A stretch of 64,000 nucleotides of DNA from Candidatus Latescibacterota bacterium (GCA_965198115.1 OZ240241.1:2304001-2368000); one strand, 5' to 3'. Counted from the stretch's first letter, positions 9,246 through 21,079 are shown. Translations and numbers: made by a program. The notes: generated by a model from the letters alone, not told the origin.

Positions 9246-10154
9246 GTGACCGACTCACAGACCAAAGTATTCTTCGAACAAGATGGCTATGTCGTCGTCA
9301 ATGACATCATCGGTGAATCCGAGCTCGACCCCATCCGCACCTTTATTAAAATGAAGGTCGATGACTATGCTCGCGAGCAACGCGCGGAAGGCCAACTCTC
9401 CTCGCTGTATAACGATGCATCATTCGAACGTCGTTATGCGGCTATCTGCGAAGAGTTGGGCATCTCACCCCGCGGCTGGGACCTCGGTTCCTTCGGTCGC
9501 GAATTCTACGATCTCTACACGCTTCCCGGTGTCCTTCACGTCCTCAGTCTCATCCTTGGACCCGAAGTCTCCAACCTCGGCAGTCCGGCGCTGAGAACCA
9601 AGCTGCCAGGCTGTGTCATTACGTCTTTCCCCTGGCATCAGGACAGTCAATACGTCGACCAGAAGAAAGTCGGTGAAAGAGCGAAGCATACCGAACAGCT
9701 TCCAATGGTGACCGTGTGGGTCCCACTGGTCGAGGCGACGGTCGAGAATGGGTGTTGCTGGGTCATTCCTGGCAGTCACCGTTGGGGATTGCTCGACGGA
9801 GCGCGAGGCGAGGACCATAACATCAGAATGGACGAAGACGTTGAAGCCAGGGGTGTCGAGCCCGTTCCTATCCCTCTGAAGCCCGGCGGCGCCCTCTTCA
9901 TGTCGAACCTGTGCATCCACACAAGCAAGGTGAACACCACGGACGAATGTCGATGGAGCATCGACTACCGCTATTTTCCCACCCCTGGACGGGCAGATTT
10001 GGAGTCTGAGCAGGTTGCCGGCGCCGAGTTCGTGCAGAATAAAATTCTGAGCAGTGGCGGCATGCCCCTCATCGTTCTCTCCGAAGGTCCAAAACCGACG
10101 TGGGAAGCGTGGGAGGCGGCGGTCGCTGAGCAGCGGACGATTGTCGCCCGATAA
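9246..10154 (+). CDS. PhyH family protein
   Basis: PWHQD, TVWVPL..ENGC..IPGSH, IHTS. Confidence 0.88.
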   Translation: MTDSQTKVFFEQDGYVVVNDIIGESELDPIRTFIKMKVDDYAREQRAEGQLSSLYNDASFERRYAAICEELGISPRGWDLGSFGREFYDLYTLPGVLHVLSLILGPEVSNLGSPALRTKLPGCVITSFPWHQDSQYVDQKKVGERAKHTEQLPMVTVWVPLVEATVENGCCWVIPGSHRWGLLDGARGEDHNIRMDEDVEARGVEPVPIPLKPGGALFMSNLCIHTSKVNTTDECRWSIDYRYFPTPGRADLESEQVAGAEFVQNKILSSGGMPLIVLSEGPKPTWEAWEAAVAEQRTIVAR

Positions 10155-10706
10155 GGCGCACGACTGAGCCATGCCGGAAAGAGACCCGCCCGAATCACAC
10201 GTGCGCTCAGATCCCAAAGCCTGGGTCGACCTACACGGGGACTACCTCTTCAGAAATGCGATGCTGCGTGTACGTGACCGAACCCTCGCCGAAGAGCTCC
10301 TTCAGGAAACCTACCTCGCCGCCCTCAAGTCACGGGAAACGTTCACCGGCCGATCCTCCGAGAGGACCTGGCTGATTGGGATCCTCAAGCATAAGGTTAT
10401 CGACCATCTTCGAAGGGCAAGCCGCGAAAGACCCGTTGAGGATATCGAGTCGCTGCCGTGCGAGTTGGAGGGCCCGTTCAACTCAGAAGGCCATCTGCGT
10501 GGTCACTGGAGGGAGTCGGGAGGAATGGGTCCCAAGGACTGGGGAACGACGCCACATTCAAACTTGGAACAGAAGGAATTCTGGGAAATCCTGAAAGCCT
10601 GCCTGAGAGATGTACCTGCCCGCCTAGCCGATGCGTTCATACTACGTGAGATCGATGGTTTAAAAAGTTCAGAAATCTGTAAGATTCTGAACGTAACCTC
10701 GACTAA

Positions 10707-12000
10707 GGGTTCGCGAATAAATAAACGGTCGATCTCAATGTTGAGCCATTGGCCGGATCGTGTAGTTCCAGTCGCCGTGGAAATCGTGCGGAGTGAGATC
10801 GATTTGGGTCATCTGTTCATCGGTCACCTTGACCCCGTTAGGGTAGGGTCGCTTGTCGATCTCGGAGCGTACTCGGAGACCGGCTTGAGTGGTCGTTCCG
10901 GCAATGAGATTCACGGTTGCAGCCAGGCTGACCAGGGGCTTGCCTTGCCAGTTCATAGCGATGAAGGAGAACAGGCGATGTTCGATCTTGTTCCACTTAC
11001 TAGTGCCAGGAGGGTAGTGGCATACGGTGATCGTCAGGCCAGTGCGATTCGCAAAGCGCTGCAGCTCCCACTTCCACAGCCGCGTCTTGGCGCCGTTGCT
11101 GCCGCCTGCGTCCGCCGTGATTAGCAGATGCGTCGAAGTGCCGTAGGCGGGCCGTCCCATGTTCTTCCACCAACTTCGGATCGCATTCACGGCGAAGCTG
11201 GCCGTGTCGTGATCGATACCGACACTTACCCAGCCTTCATCACGGCTCAGATCATACACTCCATAAGGGATCGCCTTGCCCTGAGCAGGCACTATGAAAT
11301 CGTGTACCTTCACACGCTCCGGGTCTCCCTTGGGTCGCCATTCTCGGCCAGGATTCTTGAAGTCGCCGATCAACTCTTTCTTCTTGGTGTCCACCGAGAT
11401 AACGGGAAGGCCCTGCTGCTGCTGCTGGCTAATCCGATCATCGAGGTAAACGAACTGAGCGTCCCGATCCGGGTGTGCAGATCCCTCCCTTGTCTTCCGA
11501 TTCGCCTGCAGCGTGTAATCGTGTTCGTGCAGGAGATTGGCAACGATCCTGGGGCTCACCGAATGCCCCATCGCTTGCAACTCGGCGGCCAGTTTGCGAG
11601 TGCTCTTCGATGTCCATCTCAGAGGATTGTCGTCAGGCGACCCCGCAGTCGTTGGCTCGACCAGATCATTCAGGTCCTGCCACAGCGTCGGGTCCGTGTC
11701 GGCCTTCCGCTTACGACCGCCGCCTGGACGCCGGATGCGAGCCGGGTCCAAAGGTTCGTCCGACCTCAACTCCTGAATGCCACGAAAGATCCGCTCTCTG
11801 GACATTCCTGTCGCCAGAGCCACAATCGCGATCCCACCGTGACCCAACGCTTCGGCTTCCGTGGCGGCCCACAGACGACGCGTGCGTTCCGTCAGCACCG
11901 GAGCCAAGGCTTCATACTTCGTTCGGAGAGTTTCGACGTCCACACTCCGAGCGTAAGATCATTACCTTGAAAAGTGCAGCACTTATTTCGTGGCAAACCC
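10707..12000 (-). mobile_element. ISAzo13-family IS
   Basis: Imperfect IRs GGGTTCGCGAATAAATAA / GGGTTTGCCACGAAATAA; 3-bp TSD TAA. Confidence 0.9.
10735..11943 (-). CDS. ISAzo13-family transposase
   Basis: ISVDTKKKELIG, ITADAGGSN, PPGTSKWNKIEHRLF, FHGDWNY. Confidence 0.93.
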   Translation of the reverse strand: MDVETLRTKYEALAPVLTERTRRLWAATEAEALGHGGIAIVALATGMSRERIFRGIQELRSDEPLDPARIRRPGGGRKRKADTDPTLWQDLNDLVEPTTAGSPDDNPLRWTSKSTRKLAAELQAMGHSVSPRIVANLLHEHDYTLQANRKTREGSAHPDRDAQFVYLDDRISQQQQQGLPVISVDTKKKELIGDFKNPGREWRPKGDPERVKVHDFIVPAQGKAIPYGVYDLSRDEGWVSVGIDHDTASFAVNAIRSWWKNMGRPAYGTSTHLLITADAGGSNGAKTRLWKWELQRFANRTGLTITVCHYPPGTSKWNKIEHRLFSFIAMNWQGKPLVSLAATVNLIAGTTTQAGLRVRSEIDKRPYPNGVKVTDEQMTQIDLTPHDFHGDWNYTIRPMAQH

Positions 12001-12093
12001 TAACCTTGGCGTCATGCTCCATCGCTGCAGGATGCAGCTCCGCCGATGCCTCGAACTGAAGTGGCTCCAACCAAACGAGGAACGGAGTCGAGA

Positions 12094-12399
12094 ATGATCA
12101 CATTGTCAGGCATCGTCAGAAGATTGTTCGAGACCAGGCTCCTTTCCTGCGATGTTGTCGCCAAGATGATATCCGATCGGTTGGACGGGGCAGGGTTGAG
12201 TTTCACAGAAACGCTCAAACTCAGGCTGCATCTACGCATTTGCAGGTGGTGTCAGCGCTACCTCGATCAGGTCAACCGGATTCACGAGGCTGCTCAGAAC
12301 CACGACCAGAGAGTGGGGGATGCAGATGAAGTCCTCTCTGCAGAAGAGCGGGTGCGCCTGCAGAGCCTTCTCGATGCCGATTCCTCAGACACTCGGTAA
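12094..12399 (+). CDS. zf-HC2 anti-sigma factor
   Basis: LSC..HLRICRWC (HxxxCxxC); ATGA overlap with the sigma stop. Confidence 0.8.
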   Translation: MITLSGIVRRLFETRLLSCDVVAKMISDRLDGAGLSFTETLKLRLHLRICRWCQRYLDQVNRIHEAAQNHDQRVGDADEVLSAEERVRLQSLLDADSSDTR

Positions 12400-12607
12400 C
12401 CGAGTCACCCTACGACAAGCCCTGTAGCAAGTTGTCTTGCGAGGGCTATCCAACCTCCGATCGCAGACACTCACCAGTTCGTCTTTTTTCGATTTCGGTG
12501 TAAGAATTTCGGTCCCTGTCCGACCAATGATCAGGCAGGAGATCCGGAACAGATACGCAACGACGCTCATCCATCTCCTACCGTCTTGACCCTAGAGAGG
12601 AACTGCT

Positions 12608-14247
12608 ATGAAGGCCTCGGACCTTTTTGTGAAAGCGCTGGAAGCCGAAGGTGTGGAATTCATCTTCGGAATCCCTGGGGAAGAAAACCTGGATTTCCTG
12701 AACTCTCTCCGAGGTTCCAGCATCAGGCTCATCCTGACACGTCACGAGCAGGCAGCCGGTTTCATGGCCGCAACCTACGGACGACTGACGGGTAAAGCTG
12801 GAGTCTGTCTCAGCACGCTCGGGCCGGGCGCGACCAATCTGGTCACTGCTGCCGCCTACGCGGAACTGGGCGCCATGCCCATGGTGATGCTCACCGGTCA
12901 GAAACCAATCAAATCAAGCAAGCAGGGGCAGTTTCAGATCGTCGACATTGTCGACACGATGAGGCCTCTCACCAAATACACCACCCAGATCCCGAGTGGG
13001 GACAGCATTCCCTCTCGTGTTCGTGAAGCCTTTCGACTCGCCCAGATCGAGCGACCCGGGGCCACTCACCTGGAGTTGCCCGAAGACATCGCTGCCGAGG
13101 AAACCGACGAAAACGTGATACCCCAATCTCAGAACCGACGTTCCATCGCCGAGGACAAGGCAATCAGATGGGCGACCGAGATGATCGAAGAGGCAAAGCA
13201 CCCCCTCATCATGATCGGAGCAGGGGCGAATCGGAAGCTCACAGCGCGAATGCTGCTTCGGGAATCGACAAGACCGGAATCCCTTTCATCAGCTCGCAGA
13301 TGGGGAAGGGCGTCGTCGATGAGCGCGACCCGCTCTTCCTGGGGAATGCGGCCCTGTCTGATAACGACTTTTTGCACCGCGCCATAGAGAAGGCGGATCT
13401 GCTGATCAACGTCGGCCACGATGTCGTCGAGAAACCGCCTTTTTTCATGAAACCCGGTGGCTTCAAAGTGATTCACGTCAACTTCTCACCCGCAGAAGTC
13501 GATCCCGTTTATTTCCCGCAGGTTGAGGTCGTCGGCGACATCGCAAACAGCATCTGGCAGATCAAGGAACGCATCCAAACGCAGAATACGTGGGACTTCT
13601 CCTATTTCATGAAAGTCGGGGAAGCAGTCGAAGCGCATCTACTAGAGGGTGCCGACGACGACCGCTTTCCCGTATACCCGCAGCGCCTGCTCGCCGATGT
13701 CCGAAAGGTGATGCCATCCGATGGTATCATTGCTCTGGACAACGGAGTCTAAAAAATCTGGTTCGCCAGGAATTACAAGGCTCATCAGTCGAACACTGTC
13801 CTGCTGGACAATGCGCTGGCGACGATGGGTGCAGGACTTCCGTCGGCGATGGCCGCTCGTCTCGTCTGTCCCGACCGCAGGGTCATGGCTATCTGCGGAG
13901 ACGGTGGGTTCATGATGAACTCCCAGGAACTGGAAACAGCGGTTCGACTGAAGATGGACCTGGTCGTGTTGATCCTGAACGACAGCGCCTATGGCATGAT
14001 CAAATGGAAGCAGGCGAACATGAACTTCCCCGACTTCGGACTGGACTATGACAATCCGGATTTCGTCAAGTATGCCGAAAGCTATGGCGCACACGGTCAC
14101 CGCGTGGAGAGCTCGGACCAGCTACGACCGCTGATGGAGGCGTGCTTCGAAAATTCGGGTGTTCATCTTATCGACTGTCCGGTGGACTATTCAGAGAACG
14201 ACCGGATTCTGAACCGCGAGATCAGAGAGAAGAGCAAGCTGGTGTAG
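12608..14247 (+). pseudogene. Acetolactate synthase large subunit-like ThDP enzyme (frameshift ~13260, TAA at 13750)
   Basis: FGIPGEE, TRHEQAAGF, GDGGFMM..ND split over ORFs 12608, 13168 and 13825. Confidence 0.88.
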
Positions 14248-14260
14248 CGCTCGGAGGAGC

Positions 14261-15687
14261 ATGGCAGTGCAGACATTCCCCTTGATGATACCTGGAGCGA
14301 CGACCGATGACGGCGAACTCGACGTATTCGCGCCTTTCGATCGGTCCCTCATCGCCACAGCTGTCGCCGCCGACGGCCAAGCCGCGGACAGAGCACTGGA
14401 AACCGCCAACGGTCTCATTCGGAATCGGGACGCCTGGCTGAAACCCTACGAGCGCATCGAGATTCTCGACAGAGCTGCGGGGATCATGTCGGACCGGGCG
14501 GACGAGCTGGCCCTGGAGGCGGCGCGAGAGGGTGGAAAGCCATTGATCGACTCGAAAGTGGAAGTCGCAAGGGCGATTGACGGCGTCAGGAACTGCATCG
14601 AAGTGTTGCGCACGGAGGGCGGCAGGGAAGTTCCCATGAACCTGAACGCAGCCTCGGCAGGTCGTGCCGCCTTCACGAGGAAAGAGCCGATCGGCGTTGT
14701 TGTCGCTGTCAGCGCCTTCAACCATCCCTTGAACCTGATCGTTCACCAGGTCGGTCCCGCCGTAACTACTGGATGTCCGGTCATCGTCAAACCAGCCGAC
14801 GATACGCCCCTATCCTGTTTCAGGTTTGTCGAAATCCTCCGAGAGGCCGGTCTCCCGGATGAGTGGTGTCAAGCTCTGGTTGTGAAAGATTTGAGCGTCG
14901 CCACCCAACTCGTGACGGATCAGCGCGTCGGCTTCTTCTCTTTCATCGGAAGCGCGCCCGTCGGCTGGATGCTGCGCTCCAAGCTGGCGCCCGGAACCCG
15001 GTGCGCCCTCGAACACGGAGGCGCAGCCCCCGTCATCGTCGCAGCGGACGCTGACCTGGATGAGACCATCCCTCTGATAACGAAGGGAGGGTTCTACCAC
15101 GCGGGCCAAGTCTGCGTCTCGGTCCAGAGGATCTTTGCCCACGCGTCGATCGCGAAAGACCTCGTGGACAGACTGGCCCATCCGCATCAAACCTCCAACT
15201 CGGCGATCCCACGTGTGCCGATACCGAAGTGGGACCTCTCATCAGACCTCGCGAGGTCGATCGGGTGGAGGAATGGGTCAACGAGGCCGTCGACGCTGGG
15301 GCCGTTCTTTCGACCGGTGGCGAGCGCATATCAGACACGTGCTACGCGTGTACCGTGCTTCTCGACCCCCCCGATCACGTCGAAGTCAGTCAATCAGAGA
15401 TATTCGGTCCTGTCGTCTGCGTGAACACCTATCACGACCTCGACGACGCAATCGATCGGGCGAACGCGATCCCTTATGCCTTTCAAGCATCGGTGTTTAC
15501 GGGCCACAGAGCGTCCTCGCGGCTGGATGCGTCAGCTGTCATGATCAACGATCACTCCGCTTTCAGGGTCGATTGGATGCCGTTCGCCGGTATCAAGCAG
15601 TCGGGACTCGCTGTCGGTGGCATTCCTTATACGATGCACGATATGCAAATTGAGAAGATGACGGTCTGGCGATCCAGGGAGCTTTGA
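14261..15687 (+). pseudogene. Aldehyde dehydrogenase (frameshift ~15180, apparent short deletion ~15500)
   Basis: FNHP, FIGS, LEHGG, GQVC, EIFGP, PFAGIKQSG across two frames. Confidence 0.88.
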
Positions 15688-15720
15688 GCTTAGAGGCGGG
15701 TTTCTGAAAAGCAGCGAACT

Positions 15721-15742
15721 TTGTTCGAGGGCCCTTGAACAA
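15721..15742. promoter_or_regulatory. 22-bp near-perfect palindrome TTGTTCGAGGG|CCCTTGAACAA upstream of the cupin
   Basis: One mismatch, no loop; operator-like. Confidence 0.35.
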
Positions 15743-15798
15743 GAAAGGGGCGACGCAATTGGCCTCGCTCCAGCATCACTTGAACACATTTCGAAAGG

Positions 15799-16235
15799 AT
15801 GGTTGGCATGGCGGTTTCAGAAGCAGTCTTGAACACACAAGGGACAGGTGAATTCGCAGAGTACGGCAACGGCTCACGCGCAGAGATCGCCGTCGGGGGC
15901 TCGCAGAGTGACGGTGAGTACGCCGTCGTCAGATATCACGTCGCTTCGGGTGATGAGCCTCCACTGCACACGCACACCAAGGAAGACGAGATGGTTTTCG
16001 TAGAGGAAGGCGAGGTGACTGCCTTCGTCGGTGATTCTCGCGTCGATGTGGGCCCAGGTGCATTCGCAGCCCTACCCCGTGGTGTTCCCACACGATTCGC
16101 GTCAAGGGCGACTCCGCGAAACTCATCCTCACCCTCTTGCCGGCGGGTGTCGAACGGTTCTTCGTACCCGAGTCCGATGAGGACGCCGACCCTGCCAAGT
16201 TCGGCCTGGAGATCCACGGCTCGCCCCCGGCGTAA
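15799..16235 (+). pseudogene. Cupin domain protein, frameshifted ~16090
   Basis: PPLHTHTKEDE..GEV..PRGVP, then a shifted frame HTIRV..LLPAGVERFF..KFGLEIHG. Confidence 0.8.
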
Positions 16236-16275
16236 CACCGGACATCGAGACCGCGAACGAACCTTATCAATAGCT

Positions 16276-16309
16276 CGGCGGGGCCTCTCGACATCGAGAG
16301 GCCCCGCTG
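16276..16309. terminator. 15-bp GC hairpin between cupin and flavodoxin genes
   Basis: CGGCGGGGCCTCTCG-ACAT-CGAGAGGCCCCGCTG. Confidence 0.45.
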
Positions 16310-16330
16310 ACCGAACCGGCGGAGGAGCAG

Positions 16331-17078
16331 ATGGAGCTCAACGAAAAGCAACTCGAGATGTGCACGACAAGTCAGTGGGATTTCTCAGATCTGAACGCCT
16401 TGTTCTTGAATTGCACGATGAAGCGTTCACCCGAAATGTCCCATACGCGAGGACTGATCGACATCTCGAAAGCCATCAAGGAGAAGAATGGCGTGACGGT
16501 CGAGGTCTTGCGGCCGATCGATTACGACATTGCCACCGGTGTGTGGCCGGACATGACCGAACACGGATGGGAGAAAGACGACTGGCCGGAGATCTACGAA
16601 AAGGTGAAGGCGGCGCACATTCTGGTGTTGACCTCTTCGATCTGGCTGGGCGAGAAAACCTCTGTTTGCACGCAAGTGATCGAGCGACTCTACTCGACGT
16701 CGGGCGACCTGAACGAACACGGTCAATATGCCTACTACGGGCGCGTGGGAGGCTGCCTTATCACGGGCAATGAGGATGGGGCGAAGCATTGTTCGATGAT
16801 CATTACTGTATTCGCTCTCACACCTGGGCTATGTGATCCCTCCACAAGCCGATTCCGGATGGCTTGGAACCGTTGGCCCCGGACCCTCCTACCTGGATCC
16901 CGGATCGGGAGGTCCCGAGAACGACTTTACCAATCGAAACACAACGTTCATGACCTGGAATCTGATGCACATGGCCCGGATGATCAAAGATGCCGGCGGC
17001 ATTCCGGCCCACGGAAATCAGCGGTCCGCCTGGGAGGCCGGCTGCAGGTTCGACTATCCCAATCCCGAACACCGTTGA
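16331..17078 (+). pseudogene. Flavodoxin/NADPH-dependent FMN reductase family protein, frameshifted ~16805
   Basis: NCTMK..SHT, SIWLGE, TGNEDG, then IPPQAD..FTNRNTTFMTWNL in another frame. Confidence 0.82.
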
Positions 17079-17200
17079 CAGACTCCCATCGATGCCTCCC
17101 GGCAGGTCCGCTTTACGCTTGTATACAACGGAACGAATTCAGAGGTTACCTCTCACTGACATGAGGATCTGTTCATCTCAGGTGAGAGGTACACGCCATC

Positions 17201-17983
17201 GTGGGCACGCTTCACTGGACGGTCGATCACAGCGACCACACTGCAGATCAGTGGGATTACATTGGGGAATTCTCAGATCCGCTTGCAAAGGCGCTCGCTT
17301 CCACACCTATTGATCCCACATCCACGAGCAAGATCCATCGCTACACCATCCTGCCCAACTTCTGGTCAGGTTTCAATCGGGAAGCCGATGTTTCCCCAGA
17401 CTTGAGCATCGGCAGCCTATCTATTGAAAGAACACGATCCGAGTCCCATTGGACCTACCACGTCGAACACGTCAACGTCGCCAGCGGCGAGCTCCTGACG
17501 CTCGATTTCACCTGCGAGGATGAGCCACTTAGACCACTACGCAGCCCCTGGCGGATCCAGACAACGAACAACGCTGACGGCTCCTATAGCGCCATCGATT
17601 GGGCAGGTTCGGTCGATGATACTACCATCACGCTGACGACCTCAGGTGGCCTCTCGTTCCCTGCCGGTTCCGTACTCGATCCAGCGCGGCTGACCTGTCT
17701 CTGGGCCCTCGTCGACGTCCTTCCGGCATTGAACGGCCGCTCGCTCGAGAAGCTTTCCGTTCTCGATGATCTCGAAATCCTGAAGCCCGGCAGCCAGGTT
17801 CGACCCCTCGAAACCTGGACGCTCGAAGCAGGTGAAGCGCGTCATACGATGCAGGGTTATTCGCTTTTGGGCGATGGGTTACCGCCCTGCTACTGGTGGG
17901 TCACCGACACGGGCGATGTCGCGGCCGTCTCCACGATCCTGTCCACCTACGTTCTGACGGAACGGGGACACGGGGATGGCTGA
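17201..17983 (+). CDS. Hypothetical protein coupled to the sulfatase
   Basis: 260-aa ORF with RBS, overlapping the sulfatase start. Confidence 0.6.
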   Translation: MGTLHWTVDHSDHTADQWDYIGEFSDPLAKALASTPIDPTSTSKIHRYTILPNFWSGFNREADVSPDLSIGSLSIERTRSESHWTYHVEHVNVASGELLTLDFTCEDEPLRPLRSPWRIQTTNNADGSYSAIDWAGSVDDTTITLTTSGGLSFPAGSVLDPARLTCLWALVDVLPALNGRSLEKLSVLDDLEILKPGSQVRPLETWTLEAGEARHTMQGYSLLGDGLPPCYWWVTDTGDVAAVSTILSTYVLTERGHGDG

Positions 17984-19409
17984 TCGACCGAACATCCTCT
18001 TCATCAACACCGACCAGCACACGTGGAACGCCCTTTCCGCCTACGGCAACACCCACATCCGCACCCCCCACATCGATCGTCTTCACCGGAACGGCATCTC
18101 TTTCATGCGCAGCTACTGCACCGACCCGGTCTGCGCCGCATCCCGCGCCAGTTGGATGACGGGTCGCTACTCGTCCGAGACCGGTGTCCCGTTCAACGGC
18201 GGACTGATGCACGAGGACATCCCCGACCTCGGACAGATCCTCATTCGTAACGGCTACGACGCCATCCACTGCGGCAAGTGGCACGTGGACGGCCGACCCG
18301 TGCGTGAAAGCTTTCACAATCTCTACATCGGCCAGCGAGACATCGGGGCCGGGGCCGCCGAGTATTACGATCGGGTCTCGACCCGCGCGTGGGTCGACTT
18401 TCTCGAGCGTCACGATCCGGCGAAACCGTTTTACCTCCACATCGGTCTCGTCAACCCCCACGACATCTGTGAGTACCAACACAATCACGAGGTCAAGACG
18501 ATCCCGGGTCCGGTCGAACAGGGGCTCCTGGCACCCGAGGAGCTCCCGCACCTTCCAGAGAACTTCGCCTACGACGAACGCGAAACGGTCGTCCAGCAGG
18601 TCTTCCGTCGCGGCGATCATCCCCTGATTCACCACTCAATCGAGAACGGGATCCGCGATTGGACGGAACTTCAGTGGCGCTTCATGATCTGGAACCACCA
18701 TCGATTCACGGAGGCGGCCGATCAGCAAGTGGGGCTCATCCTGAACGCCCTCGAAGGAAGCCGCTTCCGCGACAACACCCTCATCATCTTCATGGGCGAC
18801 CACGGTGAAGCCTACGGCCATCACCGAACGTTCCAGAAATTCGCGCTCTACGAGGAGAGCATCCGAGTGCCCACCATCGTCGCGTCGCTGGGCGAGCAAC
18901 TCGACGTCCAACGAGAGGTCTTCGGCCGGGAGCATTTCATCTCAGGCGCGGATCTACTGCCCACGGTCCTGGACTACGCGGGTGCGGACCCCCCGGGCGA
19001 GGTGCAGGGATCGAGCATCCGGCCGCTGATCGAGGGCAGAGATGTCCCCTGGCGGGACTTCGTCTTCGTGGAAAGCAACTATTGGGGACGCGCGATCGTC
19101 ACCGACCGCTTCAAGTATGTGACGGAGTATCGGCCGAAGGAAGAAGAGGATTTCGTTCCACCCGGACCCGATGAGAGCGAGCTTGGCCTGGAACAGCTGT
19201 TCGACCTCGAGATCGACCCCTGGGAGACACGCAATCTTGTCGGGGAGTCAGAACTGGCTGACGTTGTGGCAGACTGTCGCTCGAAGCTCCTCGATCACGA
19301 AGCGGGACTCGATCGCCGTCCTCTTCGAGAAGGTCCACCACAAAACAAGGTGCGAGAATGGGGCCAGGCACTACGTAACCGTTGGTTACGAGAGGATAAC
19401 CAATCTTAG
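17976..19409 (+). CDS. Sulfatase (formylglycine type, CxAxR variant)
   Basis: RPNILFINTDQ, CAASRASWMTGRY, GKWH, GDHG, QLFDLEIDPWE. Confidence 0.9.
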   Translation: MADRPNILFINTDQHTWNALSAYGNTHIRTPHIDRLHRNGISFMRSYCTDPVCAASRASWMTGRYSSETGVPFNGGLMHEDIPDLGQILIRNGYDAIHCGKWHVDGRPVRESFHNLYIGQRDIGAGAAEYYDRVSTRAWVDFLERHDPAKPFYLHIGLVNPHDICEYQHNHEVKTIPGPVEQGLLAPEELPHLPENFAYDERETVVQQVFRRGDHPLIHHSIENGIRDWTELQWRFMIWNHHRFTEAADQQVGLILNALEGSRFRDNTLIIFMGDHGEAYGHHRTFQKFALYEESIRVPTIVASLGEQLDVQREVFGREHFISGADLLPTVLDYAGADPPGEVQGSSIRPLIEGRDVPWRDFVFVESNYWGRAIVTDRFKYVTEYRPKEEEDFVPPGPDESELGLEQLFDLEIDPWETRNLVGESELADVVADCRSKLLDHEAGLDRRPLREGPPQNKVREWGQALRNRWLREDNQS

Positions 19410-19445
19410 GGACACGGATGCCGTGTGGTGAGGTCCCTATCCTAG

Positions 19446-20999
19446 GAGCCTGTCGGAGTACCCAGCCGGAGGAAGATTTCGTATTGTAGAAGTGCGATCA
19501 AGGTTCCGACTCTGAATTGGAAGTTTCCGTTGAGCACTTCTACTCGGTTTCGTGTCTACAATCCGGCTCAGTTGATGTTGCTGCCTCCGGATCTCCGGAG
19601 TTGGCTTCCCAAGGGTCATCCGACCTACTTCATTCTGGATATCGTCGGACAACTTGATTTGTCCGCGATCTACGAGACCTACGATGGGTCTCAAGGTGGC
19701 CAGCCACCGTATGATCCCCGGATGATGGTGAGCCTACTGCTGTATGGTTACTGTGAAGGCATCAGGAGTTCCCGCAAGATCGAGCGTGCGACCTATGACT
19801 CGGTTGCTTTCCGTGTGCTCAGCCTGGATCAGCATCCTGATCACGACACGATATCGACCTTTCGTCAACGGCATCTGGATGCCCTCTCAGGTCTGTTCAG
19901 GCAAGTGCTGTGTCTCTGCGTGAAGGCAGGTCTGGTGAAGCTGGGACACGTGGCGTTGGATGGCACGAAAGTCAAAGCAAATGCCTCAAAACACAAAGCG
20001 ATGAGCTACGGCCGGATGAAGAAGAAAGAAGCCGAGATCGAGGCCGAAGTGCGCAGACTCTTGACCGAGGCCGAAGCCACTGACGCGGCCGAAGACGAAC
20101 TCTACGGAAAGGACAACCGCGGCGACGAGTTGCCCGAGGAGTTGCAGCACCGGGAGACTCGACTCAAAGTAATCCGCGACGCAATAGCCGAGATCGAAGC
20201 CGAAGCGGAGGCTGAGTTTCCTGAGAAGCAGGCAGCGTATGAAGAGAAGGTAAAGGCCCGGGAGCGCCGCGGCGGTCGTGGACGTAAGCCCAAGCCTCCA
20301 TCGAAAGAGCCCGACTGAAAGGAACAACTGAACTTCACCGATCCCGACTCACGGATCATGGTCTCAGGGGGCCAATTCCTTCAAGCCTACAACTGCCAAG
20401 CTGCTGTGGATGACAAGGCCCAGATTGTCGTTGCTGCCGACGTCACCCAAGAAGCTAATGACAAGAACCAGATGACACCTATGGTCAACCAGATCAGAGC
20501 GAATATGGGCGGCACGACACCCAAGCACCTCACTGCCGACACCGGATACTTCAACCAAAGTCAGGTCGATCAGGTTCAATCAGATGGCGTCGACCTCTAT
20601 GTGGCGACGACAAAACAGAAACATGGAACGCCCATCGCGACCTGCCCCAGGGGACGGATCCCCAAGGGCGCAACGACGAAAGACAAAATGGCGAGAAAGC
20701 TTCTCACACAGAAAGGTCGCTGCACCTACTGGAAAAGAAAACAGATCATCGAACCCGTGTTTGGACAGATCAAATCCGTTCGGAACTTCACCCGATTCTC
20801 ATTCCGCCGAATCCACAAAGTCATCAGAGAATGGAACCTGATCTGTCTCACACACAACCTTCTGAAACTCTATCGACTCTCATTGGCTACCTGATCCCGA
20901 AGAGGAACTCGGCTCAAGGAAAAAACGAAGGTAACCGGTCGCTGACAGACTCAGCTGGACTTAATCTCAACGAGCTTCCGGGTGTAACCCGACAGGCTC
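19446..20999 (+). mobile_element. IS1182-family IS
   Basis: IRs GAGCCTGTCGG; flanked by CTAG on both sides. Confidence 0.88.
19530..20894 (+). pseudogene. IS1182 transposase with in-frame TGA at 20316
   Basis: PPYDPRMM, SSRKIE, PDHDTI, ALDGTK, PD*KEQLNFTDPDSRIM, ADTGY, EPVFGQIK. Confidence 0.88.
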
Positions 21000-21079
21000 C
21001 TAGTTGAAACTTAAAGGGCTCCAAACTTACGTTGTGGGTAGACGTGTGAGAGCGTGTACCCGTAAGAAAGGAGCCCACG

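Larger units (their letters stand above)
10171..12097 (+). pseudogene. ECF sigma-70 factor interrupted by ISAzo13 in region 4
   Basis: AEELLQETYLAA, TWLIGILKHK. Removing the IS and one TAA restores ..ICKILNVTSTNLGVMLHRCRMQLRRCLELKW.. (209 aa). Confidence 0.9.

Noticed and set aside
11128-11970. Long antisense or alternative-frame ORFs (e.g. 11128..11970, 23382..24239, 33393..34436, 57281..58432)
   Set aside because: Shadow ORFs of GC-rich genes with recognisable products in another frame or strand
19446-19456. IS1182 IR (GAGCCTGTC) matches the end of the 27-bp REP unit, suggesting the unit is an IS1182-derived MITE
   Set aside because: Only 9-10 bp are shared, at one end, and there is no CTAG duplication around the units
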